Assembly: GCA_020891255.1 (NCBI GenBank) | Contig: BQFW01000001.1 | Coordinates: 496,001 to 560,000, forward strand | Reading direction: 5' to 3' | From: Entomortierella parvispora E1425 | Taxonomy: Eukaryota > Fungi > Mortierellomycota | DNA: 64,000 nucleotides | Shown here: positions 35,082 to 46,900 of the stretch, one piece after another | How positions within the stretch are numbered: the first letter of the stretch is position 1 | Layout of the letters: each line of letters begins with the position of its first letter | Program-made: the position numbers and the translations under genes | The notes under the pieces: generated by a model | Databases searched by the model: none | What the model saw: only the letters and a program-made list of their open reading frames with translations | Told to the model about the DNA's origin: nothing

Positions 35082-38000
35082 TCAACTAGGATCTGTAGAG
35101 TCCAAGGCCTTCTGTTGAGCAGCCTTAAAGACAGATTCTATAGTAATATGCTGCTTGCTACTACTCTTGGGAATTACATGCACACCTCGCTCCGTGTATA
35201 GACGCAATCCGTTGTCGAAAGCTTGTAAAGACATAACATTATTGCAGCTGTAGAGAAACAGGTGGTTATCAAATAGACAAGCCATCTCATCCTGTGATAG
35301 TGTTGGAAGTAAACTGAACAGCGAGGAGCTATGACTTCCAAGAATCCTTGAGATTTCCGTTGTTAAAGTTTTACCATCACCACTGAGGGTGGCGATGAGG
35401 GACTTGATGGCTGATTCAGGCAACGAAGTTTGATTGCCTAATGCTGATGCAGCTGAATACCTGACTCTCCGATGGTCATCCTTGAGGGTGGTAATGAGGG
35501 CCTGGATAGCTGATTCTGGCAGCGAGGACTGTTCGCCCAATGCCCATACGGCTGAAATCCTGACATCATCATAGTCATCACTGAGCGTCTCAATGAGGGA
35601 CTGGACGGCTGATTCCGGCAATGAAGACTGCTTGCCTAATGCCAATGCTGATAAATGCCTGCATTTTTATTGCCATCCTTGAGATTGTCGGTGAGGGACT
35701 GGATAGCTGATACCGGAAATGAAGAGTGGTTTGCTAATGCCAGCACTGCCGCACACCCGACTTTTCCATTGTCATCCTTGAGGGCGATAATGAGCGACTG
35801 GATGGCAGACTGCGACAATATAGAGCGAGATCCTAAAGTATCTATGAGAAAGGTCTCGCTTGAATTTCTTGAACCCATTGCTTTCACTAGAAGAGCCTCA
35901 GGGAATGACAGTCGACTGCCAAGCGCGCTTCCACAGATTCGTTCGGAATTCCTAATCCTACCCAAGTGCATCGACCGCACCACATCTTCGTGAAGCTCCA
36001 CATCGATGTGACGTCGTCGCATGCGAATCTCCAAGTGCAGCCACTTTAAAAGCTCAGACTCCAATGCAGACAGTACTGTAGAGTCCAAATGAGCCCGAGA
36101 TTCATTTAAGCAAGAGGCCAGTATCTGCTGATGGCGGCCCCCGATCAAATCACAGGGCTCTTCTTGCAAAAGTCCAAAAAAGTCGCACAATGGCTTTCCT
36201 TCCAGCAATCCTGCCACCATCGACCATACAATCTCAAATCGAGGGTCGTATTTGTGCCAATGAAGGAAGTCTGCCATTTCCTCCTTGGTCTTCATTCCTG
36301 CAGTGAAGCATGGCTGCCGAGGTTGAAAATGACGGAATATCCATGTTGCCGCGAAATACTCTTGGAACGTCAAATGTAGGAAATGCCATGCCTGCTGAGG
36401 ACGACTGCCTCTCCTGGAATCCAAGTCAGAATCCGCAGTATGTAAAAATGACGTTTTCTTCATGGCATCAACGAGTTGAGGAGGTGAAAGTTGTTGGTGA
36501 TCTGCTGCAGGACTTCTGAGGTCCCGAAAGGCACAGCGCAGATCTCTATCCTCGAATTCGATTTGATGATTGTTGTTCATCCCTTTGAAGGCAAGATACC
36601 CAAGATATTGCAGCTCAGTCGCCATCAGCTCATCAATTTCCTCAGCCACGTAACCGTGGATTTGTTGTTTAGTCAGCTGCATCCCGCCAGCAGTCTTTCT
36701 GAGCCGAAATGCATCCTTGCACCAAAGTTTCCGCACCATCAGCTGATATAGCCCTATCATGGTGACCGCCTGGCTGTTCAACGGTAGCTCTTCCCAACTG
36801 AAGCAGATTACATCGAGTTGCACGGGGATGTTGACGAGTCCTTGGATCAATGGTGTTCGTTGAATGAACTCCTGGACTGTTTTCGCTGCCTCGGGATCAA
36901 GAACCTTGGCCACAAAGTCTTTGACATTCTGCTGACTAAACCCCACAGTTTCCAGCTCCAAATCGATTGCCGGTAATAATTTCCTGTCCATGCCAGAGGG
37001 CCGCGAAGTGATGATGACATGTTGTTGCCCGAGTAACATCTTTAGAAATGGTCTGAAGGTGTCGCTTTCATCCCCACCTGCGTCCATACCAATCTCATCC
37101 AGACCATAAGATGAAAAGAACCTTTCCTTTTTGAGCGCAAAATGCAAGAGCTTTGGCCAGAGCCGCCTGTTCTTGATCCAGATTCTGAGCAATAAAGACT
37201 TTCTCGAGGAACAGTTTTTCCAAGCTGCGACTCTTGAGTCCTCTGAGGCTGCGCAGTGGAAGCCGCAATACGACGTCGAATAGATCTCGCCATAGTCCAT
37301 TCTGGTGTGCATGGACAAGTTTCTTGCAAAGTGTTGTTTTTCCAATGCCTGCTCGTCCTTGGACTAGGATCCTCATAGGAATGTCCTCTCTTCCATCACG
37401 CAGCCTGCGCTTGTTAAAGAGCTGCTCCAGCGGGATCAATGACTGGGTGTCGGTGTTATGTACTGTTTCGCTGCTAATCATCCGATAAAAGGTAGTTGCC
37501 TGTTTTTGAAGATCCTCCTTTTCGTTTTGTCGATGTTTCGGTGCCTCAACAATCGCAAGATTGACAAAGCATGTCTGCAGATCCAGTTCATCTCCTGAAA
37601 CTCTCAGGATAGACAGATCTGGTGCGTGGTAGGTCTCAAGCGCCGTGTAGATGTTAGAAAGACTGGGAAGTTGAGGGAGATCATGCCTGCGGTATTGATC
37701 CTGAACAGCCTTCAACAGTCTATCCTTTGAAGTGGAATGACTGTTCGAACTCTCAAACTTGATACTGATCCAAATTGGCGAATGTAGGTTGGCGAAAGGT
37801 TTTAGCTGTGTATTCTGTCTTCTCAGCTCTTTCAATATTGTCTCGGCGGCTATATAGGGGACAAGAGAAAGGCAGCAGCATCAGGTCTGAATCCTTTGAT
37901 AGGCTCTTTAGGTGGCAATAATGGATAGAGGAGTGTCACTTATGATCAACATACCTTCAAAGTGAGCGTCATTCTTGGATGCCACTATAGTGAGAACGTC

Positions 38001-39810
38001 AAGGATGACCTGATCAACCTCCTTCTGTCGATCCCAAAGTGTGGCGTCCTTGTGGAGTGCCCCAAGGAAAGCGATAGCATCCTGATGTGCGTCCACACTC
38101 CATTGGCTATCAGCTATGAACTGTCCAAGCAACTGACAGATTCCCCATTGAAACATGAGCTGGTGCCGGCACTTTGACTTAATAACCAGGATCTTGAACT
38201 CCACTAGGTTGCCAGTCGCAATAAACCACTCTGCCATGCGTACGGCACGATACCAGGCTCTCTTGAATTTGAGACCCTCCTTCAGTGTGAATGTGGGTCG
38301 TTCTCTATCCTTGATGGCCTCCAAAGCGAATTTGAGCTTCCTGGTGGCTCCTTTACCACAATCGTAAAGTCGCTCAACACTATCGAGAGTATCGTTTAGT
38401 CCCTGGAGATTATTGACTTGAGCCAATCCTGCGCCTACTCCCAATACAAGCCATAGTCGTCTGAATCCTGCATGCCATATATCCTCGTCATCAGACACAT
38501 AAAGTAGCGCCTGAGTGGCGTATTTGGCTTGGAATGCCAAATAAGGGTCTTTACTTGACTCGAGCTCTCGAAGGAAATCCGTCAATGGTTCATGGAGGTC
38601 AATTCGGTCAACATCTCCGATATGAGAAATCATCATTGCATCCAAAACGCGAGAAGCCGCAAGCAGTAAGTGATACTGATGGCCTTCGGAATGAGTGGGC
38701 CGGGGTCGTTTATGCAGGCAGCGAAGAATGGTCACAAGATCGTTCGAATCGATGGATCCTGGAGGTGCTCCTTGAATCACCTTGGCCAGCCCATCCAGTG
38801 AATGCAGATCCAGAATCTCCGACTTGTTGACTGTGTCGATGAAAGTCTTGATGAGAAACCTAGAATATCCGTCATTCAGCACGGGGGCTAGCTGGACAAC
38901 CTCGGCAACTGCAGCCGCATCCTTCCTGGTATCCTTGGCGAACTTCTCTAAGACATGAACGGCCATGGTCTCTAAACGATCCTTCTCATCCGAGTTATTC
39001 AAGGTGTTAAGTCGCCACTCGAGAGCCTCAGGAAAGAGATCTCTCTCTTGAATTGACGTTTCCAACAGTGCGAGGGAATAAGCGAGTTGACGGACAGTTT
39101 GCAATGGCTCGCCTGGACTGGGAAGCGGACAGGCGCTGGGCTCGGGATTCGCATTATGGCTAAAGAACGACGGATACCCTAAGGTAGTACTTGCCGCTGA
39201 AACTGAAATGGATGGTCGAGAGAAAGGAGGGGGCGGTTGTCGAGAGGAGCCGACAGCGCTGACAGGCGCTGCTGTAGAGGCAACAAAATAAGTCGGAGTG
39301 GAAGCGGTATTGCTTGTCGATGCAGAAGAGTTCCAATGGTTGAATCCTCCTTGAGCCATTGCTGGAGATATCCCTGGCCCTATCAAAGATGGAGCGATGA
39401 TTGCGGCAAAGAGTTTCATTCTCTTGTTGAGTTTTTGCCTAGTAGAAATAGTATACAATCATGCGGTGAATAAAGTAGCAGTGCCTCATGGATGCCGTCT
39501 TCTTCAAAGCTGATCAGGAGCCTCGAGCATGGATGACCTACCTTAAGGCGTCTGCCTTTTGTCTACACTTGACGGCTTTCCCTTGCGTGTGTTCTCCGGA
39601 GCTATCCAGAACCTCGGCAAGGTCGTCGAACGCAGTAATCATCTCCTCCAAAGTGGAACGATCGGCTTTGGTGACGTCAACTTGACCCAGGGCTTTCTTT
39701 GCATCTCGATAGTGATCAATGACTGCGAGCCCAGTGCCTCTAGCGTTTCGAGCCTTGTCAGTGCTAGCCTTTGCCTGTTTCAAGGCATCATGCGCAGAAA
39801 GATATGGCAT
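35082..39810 (-). pseudogene. NLR-like gene: N-terminal helical/Arm-like region + NACHT NTPase + HEAT repeats; exons 39810-39542, 39438-37955, 37849-35082; two frameshifts (~37105, ~35660)
   Basis: GRAGIGKTT Walker A; Walker B ILDGLDE broken by a small deletion; IITSRP, NIPVQLD, FLHLTFQEYFAA; HEAT repeats ALGxQSSLPESAxQxLI; GT-AG introns splice in frame. Confidence 0.85.
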
Positions 39811-41989
39811 ACTGGGGTTGCCATGAAACTAGGCAAGCAAGGCGTGTTGGAATTGATGTCAGTTTAGGGTCTTCGCAAAGCTGTGGACGTTGCGGCTATA
39901 CCTTTGGAATTGTCGAACGCTCCTGTTATCGACGAATGTGCGTCTGTAAAACAATGGGTGAGAAAAGTAGCTCAGCAGGAAGAACAGGGTCGAGTCGAAA
40001 AAGGGAAAAACAAATGTGGAAAGAAACAAGAGTGAGTCGGATTATCTACTCGTTTGTCCCAGAATTTTTTCTCCCACCGTCCCGCAGGTTTAAAGTGGTT
40101 GCAGTACAGCCATTTGGCAAAGCAACATAGGCGAGGACAGGCATTTGTGCGACTAGCCTCGGCTTTGCCCTGCCATTGTTGCTTTGCCATCCTCGTCCCA
40201 GTGGAGTCTTGGTGCAACATCATTAAACTCACTTTTGACCCTCGCTAGTCTGGAACCAACGGTGCTAACATCTATCAAATGTCTCGACAAAAGACAAGAA
40301 TGAGATTTCATTAACCTGTTGAGTTGAGGAATGAGAGGATGGAATGAGACCATGAGAACATGGATGCAGCAGAGGGTATGCTGGCTGCGATTTTTGTGAC
40401 CATTTGGTGGCGTAATTTTTTACAAGGCATAATTGGTGGCGGATGTCCCTTGTAAGATAATGCGTGGCCAAACGAAGACCTGGGCCGAAACAGTGAAGAT
40501 CCTTTTGCTGTGACCTTTGACTTGTAACATCAACAGCGAATCGGGCGACATAATAGTGCGATATCAACCTGCGGCAGGAACGATGGACAGCAGTTGGTTT
40601 AGACAGACCTCTTCAGCCGCGTACGATGCATGCACTTTCTTTCTTTGTTTTTATTACAGAATCAAATCTGCGGCGCGCCTCCTGGAAACCGACTCGATAT
40701 CGCTGTGATGCTTCCCGCAACCTTTGTAGGTGCAGCGACTTTTTCAAGAGTGAAACGTCAGAGTGCCCACTTTTGGCCCTGGTAGTCAGGTTGTTGAAAA
40801 CTACTTGTATCCTCGAGCTGTGGCACATCTATCCCACCCTTGCTATCGATCAAAGACCTTCATAGAGGACTAGGTTTCGTGTACTCCCATCTTCATCGAC
40901 GGCAGTTCAGCCAGCCTTGTTGGTGATTATGACGATGGCTTTCTGAGGCGCTGGGTTCCATTCAGAGCTGTACGTGAGGTAGAACACCGAAGGCTGCTCC
41001 TATGGTTATATCGGGGAGGCTGTTGAGGGAACGTTCGACCTCTGCGTGACCAAACCTGTCAGCGCGTCGAATTTGACCTAAGTCGTCTCCTCCCAAACGA
41101 GCCCCACTGAAATGTCGTCCGAGAGCTGAGCAACGTTGATTTGCATCCAGCTGTTATTCATCCGTCAGCTCCAGCAAGGCGTTGTGAGAGTGGCTTCGCA
41201 GGAAAGGGGCAAGATGGAGCCGAAGGAAAAGAGGAAGAAGAAGAGAAGAAAAGAAGGAAAAAAACAGCAAGAAAATGACCGCGATCACGTGCATGACACG
41301 AATGAAAAAAACCCCTGCCCCTGTTCCCCTGCCCCAGGAACCGGTTCTGCAGCAGAACAGACAGGACAGGGCTCAGAAGGATGAACAAGTTCAAAACAAT
41401 AAAGACCATGGCCATGTTAATCAACACACACCACACCACACCACACACACAACAGGCCGTGCCGCACTGTTCCCTTTTTTCAATTCTTCTTGTTCTTCTT
41501 CTTCTTCTTGGCTCTCACACCCACATCCTTTCAGCCTCACCCGTTCACCCGTTCTTCCGTTCGCCCGTCCCCGGTGCCTGCCTGCAGGTCCATTGTCTGT
41601 CTCTCTGTCACTCTATCTCTTGCATTACTGTTATTGCCATTCTTGTTGTGTGTGTCTGTTGTCTTTTGTGCTCTTCTGTCTGTCTGTCTGTCTGTCTGTC
41701 TGGTCATTATCATTGAATCTCCTTCTCTCCTTCTCTCCTTCCCTCCATCCCCATTGGATTCATTCATTCATTCATTCATGCTTCATCCTCACTCGTAGAC
41801 ACATTCATCCCCATCTACACTTGTCATCTCTTTCCATTCAATCGACCTTCCTTCCCTCTCGTCTCTCTCCTCACCTCATATAGCGCACGTTCACCCTGCG
41901 CGCGCTTCCTCTCTTCTCTCCTTGCCTTCCCTTCCCTTCATTCCTCCTTCCTCTACCCCCTTCATACGACATAACAGACACACAGCACC

Positions 41990-43970
41990 ATGAAGCCTTC
42001 ACGGTGCAGCAGCTCAGCCTGCTACTCCTGCTTCGTCCTCATCCTCGTCATCCTCATCCCTCTCGCTTCCACTACAAAGATCCAAAGGTAGACCAACTCA
42101 CGGCACTAACTGACTGAACTGACTCACCCCACTACTGAACCCTTGCATACCTCGGATGTGTGTCTCCTGTCTCCTTTCTCTTTCCTCTTGTTCCTCTCCA
42201 TAATGCCGTTCCTGTCATCCTTCTTGACTCTTGGCACTCCTCTTTATCTAATTCAATCCCAATCACTCCAATCAATAACCGCAAATGTATAATTAGAATC
42301 GCCGTCCAAGAACAGCCTGGTCCCAACCCGCGGTCGTCTCTCGAGCGTGCCCATTATGAGAACAGGGCCCTGTTCATGTCCAAACTCGCCACCCTCCATA
42401 GTCGTCGACCCAGCTCAAGTACATCTTCATCATCATCAACATTAGGATCACCACCATCACCACCACCTCCCCCGCAGCCTTCCCTCTCTCCATCCACAGA
42501 CACCAGCGACACGGTCCATCGCGTTCTTACAACTCGAGCAGAGAATGACTCTACCAACATGACAGTCTCTCTCCTCGACCTGATTGACAGTGAGCTCTCT
42601 CAATTGCAGAAACGTTCCTATGTCGGTGTGGCCCCGGTCCGCGGCAACGCCCTTGATACTCAATGGGTCGCCGCTGTGCTCATCGGCACGCCCTCACAAG
42701 AGTTCTCCGTCGTCTTTGATACCGGCAGTAGTGACCTCTGGGTCTCGTCCATCAACTGTCTTTCCAGTGCATGCCTTTCTCTCCGTCGCTTTAATCCAGC
42801 CCGGTCAAGGTACCCTTGACTGCACAGCAGCTTCTCTACTTTTAATGTATCCAAAGCGCAGGCATTGACTCACCTTCGCTTTACTCTCTATCTTAGGACT
42901 TTTGAACAGGATGGACGAACATGGTCCGTCAACTATGCAGACAATACACGGGTCTCGGGCGTACTCGGCAAGGACGACATTTCAGTAGCAGGACTTAGTA
43001 TCCAAGGTCAAACCTTTGGACTCGCCACCATCAATGTGGGCAGCACAGCACCAACGGGCATTGACGGCATCTTGGGTCTTGGCTTTGATTCAAATTCAGA
43101 CACAATGGGCGTCGCTACTCCTGTCACCAACTTGATTGCTCAGGGTCAGATGGATCAGAGCGTTGTTTCGGTCTGGCTCAACAAAGCTGTTGACCAGGAT
43201 GCCAGTCTGTCCAACGGAGGCGAGTTTATCTTTGGTGGCATCGACCCCTCTCTTTACACGGGATCGATTACCTATGTAGACGTGACTTCCTCAACGGACT
43301 GGCAGATTAGTGTCGACAGGCTGTTTATTGGGCGCAAGGAGCTGTCACTCTCAAGCTCGGCATCGTACGCCATCGTCGACACTGGATCATCCTACATTCT
43401 ATTCCCGGATTATCTCGCCACGGCCTTTCATCGGTCCATCCCGAACGCCCAATTTGACCCAAAGCTCGGCTGGTTGATCCCTTGCAGCTTGGCCAATTCT
43501 AGGACAGTGGGCGATCTTACCTTTGTCCTGGGAGGAGACAGATTCTCAGTACCAATCTCGGACATTGTGATCCTAAAATCGGAATACAACGGCTACTGCC
43601 TCTCCGCTATTGACTCTTGGGGCGAACTGGCAGGTCATGGTGGTCAATCGGTAAGTCAAAACGGTCAAGGAAGGCAATTGTTTTTTCCACGGATTTTTGT
43701 CCAAAAGCTCTCTAACACCTATTTTTTATTTAGGGCATGTTGCTGGGAGACTTGTTTATCAAGAACCAGTATGTGGTGTACGACTATGGAAAGCGACAGA
43801 TTGGATTTGCTCAAAAAGTCGAGAGTGTATCTGGAGGCATCGGCTTGAACTCCAAGAATGCGGCTGGTCCGGATCTGAAACGAAGTCTAAAGAGCGGTTC
43901 TCAACAGGCCGCCAAGGCCGTGGCTGCCACAGCAGCCGTCATGTTGGCATCGACCATGCTGACCGTATAG
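41990..43970 (+). CDS. Secreted pepsin-family (A1) aspartic protease with putative GPI-anchor tail; exons 41990-42087, 42297-42809, 42897-43650, 43734-43970 (~533 aa)
   Basis: Hydrophobic N-terminus; two catalytic motifs FDTGSSD and VDTGSSY; GILGLG; [15 protein letters not shown]; hydrophobic C-terminus; all introns GT-AG and in frame. Confidence 0.92.
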
Positions 43971-46900
43971 CGGATTTTTTTTCTCTCTTTACGCCACCAA
44001 ATTTTGATCTTTCAATTTTTGATCCTCTTCCACCCCTTCATTTCTTTTTTTTTTTTTTTTCTTATCTAATGGAGGAGTGCTTTCCACCTCCTCTTTCCCA
44101 CCTACCTACCTACCATCTAATAGTTTGATTTCCGTACTTATTTCAGGACAGCGATATACTCGAATAGAAACGGGAGGTGTCAGAAAGGACAGACGGGATA
44201 GAAAGCGAGGACGAAGGAACGACGACCGTCAGCGAGCAAAAGAAAGAAGGGAAAATATCACCCCACCCCACCCACCTTACCCCCTTGTACAATATTAAAA
44301 AGAACAATGAAACATCACATCTTCTATCTTGCATTCCTGATTGAACTTCCATAATAGATCCTCCACAATCAACATGAAAAAAGGAACTAAGAAAGGGACG
44401 CGTTCGCGTCGCGTTGTCGTTTTTTGAGCCGTCTTGGATTGCAAAGTCCTATCACAATGATGCCCTCAGTCTAATACCTTTACCTTCCTGGATGTTTGGG
44501 AGGGTGGGCTCCCCCTATTACAATTGGAAAGGGGGTCCGAGGTGACGGGACAGGCACCCGTGAAGAGGAGGTGGGGCTGGGGCTGGGGCAAATTTTGGAC
44601 AACAATGATCTTCAAACTGCTGATTTGGAGTACCGCAGCAGCAGAGCCCGTCGTTAGCAAGTCGCCGAACCGCTATTAGCATGGGAAGAATAGGAAAGAG
44701 GGATAGGGAGGCTGAGAGAAGGAGCAGGAGGGAAGGGGAGGGAGAGGAGGAAGGATGGACCGGGATGTCTGGATTTCTATGAAACCCATCCTCGGAGCTT
44801 ACCTCCTCATCTTCCTCCTCCCCCTCCCCCGCGATGTTTTGATTATCCAAAAAAGAGTACAGAGATGGAAAAGGGAAGAAGAAAAAGAAAAAACTCTCTC
44901 TGGGCTCCTTTTTTTTCGCTTCTCTTTCTTTTGTAGGATGCTGACCTGATCAAAGAACGAAGACAGACTTGATCCGTGCATGTACATCTTTTTTCTTTAT
45001 GACAACTTTGAACGTTGAAAAGGATACAGGGGGGAGTGTGGGGGGATGAAAGAGGACGTAGGCAAGTAGGGGTCAAGGAGAAAAGAGGGGGGAAGGGAGA
45101 GAGAGAAAAGTAAAATAGAAACAGGAGGTGAGCGTTGAGGATGGTGGTGGTTGCGCGGTGGCGCTGGAGATTGTACGTTGAGAGAGCAGCGCACGCTCTT
45201 TTTTCTCCTACCGTTTTGGACTAGGACCCTTTTTTTTGGGCTGGATTCGACGCGTCTGGAAGGGAAGAAAAAGTATTTATAAGAACACGACGAAACCCGA
45301 CGGAAAGGAGAGAAGAGCGATCCCTAACCTTGTGGACCATTGAGACGAGACTGCGAAAGAGCGGCGAACGGCAGAGAGGTTCAGGGAGTCAGTTATCTTT
45401 TTACTTCTCTCGGACCCCTTCATATTAAAGCCTCGAGAAAGAGATACTCCTTCATTTTTGTCAAATCCATTATTTCATTCGCGTTCTTGCGATTAAGATG
45501 ATGATAGCTACAAAGATGAAGAATGGGTCCTAAGCTCCCATAGTAGTCCCGCAGACCTCTCAACCTATGACGCCGTTGGATCGGGTTGACAAGCGGTCGC
45601 GCGCACGTCACTTCCTGAATTGTACCTACCCGGGACACGTTCCTTCCCTTCACCTTACTGCCCCTTCCGAAGATCAGGGTCGAAAGAGTTTTCTTCGTTT
45701 TGCGGAATAGCGAGAATCGCACCCGAGAAGTTTTTTCACAATTGACGCAATGGAGACGACATCTCCGCTGTTGTTTTATATTTATATAAATAATATCATC
45801 GTCTTACGGGCGCAGATCATGGATGGCTGTTGAAGTCGAAAAAAAGATTTTGTTTTTTGCATGAATGATCAACCTGGTTCCTCTCGGACGGGGCGCAACT
45901 TCCCACTGGGGTTTTTTATTTACTCACTGCGTTTCGTCGTTCCTGTCAGCTCCCCCCCTCTTACTGCACCGAAAAAGAAGACTCCTTTTGTCATGAGGCC
46001 ACAGCAACCTATGACTTTTGCTCACTTTGCTCTCGTAAAGAGCCATCGGTCATGGATCGGTTCTTTTTGTCTGTGCGAATGATGATGTTGACAGGGATTC
46101 TTTTCGAGTCGGAAGAGAAGAGAGAAGGGTACAAAAGCAGTGTCTGTGCGTGTCCCACAAAAATCCGTTTCCTTTTGCCTCCGCTGCACGACATCATTTC
46201 CTCCGACCTTTTTTGCTTTTCTACACCTCTCTTTTGCCATCAACGACAACCCACGCACTTGCTTGCTCATGACGATTTTTTTTATTGCTCAATCAACCTT
46301 TTGGATCGCCTTTTGCCTTCTCGTCTTATTAACCATCCCTAAAGTCCAGTCGACAACCTCTTTGTCAGGAAATCTGCTTCCCTCTCTGTCTCTCTTTCTC
46401 TCCGACCCCGCCAGAACCTTGTTTTTATTGTTTTGCTGGTAAGGACAACAAAGATCTCCAACATCCTTCCTTCCTTCCTCCTATGCAAAGGTCTCAAATG
46501 GAGTTGCATCGTCCCCTTTCGCCTTTGTCCGTGTTTCTCTTTTTCTTTTGGACTCTTGGCTTCTATCTTCCCCCTCCTCCTGCTCTTTCTCCGTTCTCCG
46601 TTCTTCTCTACTCTTCCCTTCGGTTCATAGGATGCCCCACGGACATTTGGTCCAGTCCGGCTTTTTTTTTATATTTCGTTTTGAACGTTGTTCAGCCACT
46701 TTCTTTTTATATGCTCACCCTTGACACCCCCTTGGGTTCTCTTCCTCTCTCACTCCCCCTTGGACATGGAATAACACACGCTCAAAAAGGATATACCTTC
46801 TGCGCCTCCGTTGATTCTCCTTGGGATTTTTTTTGTTGTTACTATCTTTCAGTTCATTCTGTCTCCTGGATCTGCCTCCGTTCTCCTTGCTTGAATGGAC

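Noticed and set aside
40230-41000. Broken minus-strand frame with CTYKGCGKHH
   Set aside because: Too many stops and only a partial zinc-finger-like pattern
44466-44990. Small minus-strand ORFs with splice-like signals and an upstream TATAAATA
   Set aside because: Could be a small gene but no coherent, recognisable protein could be assembled
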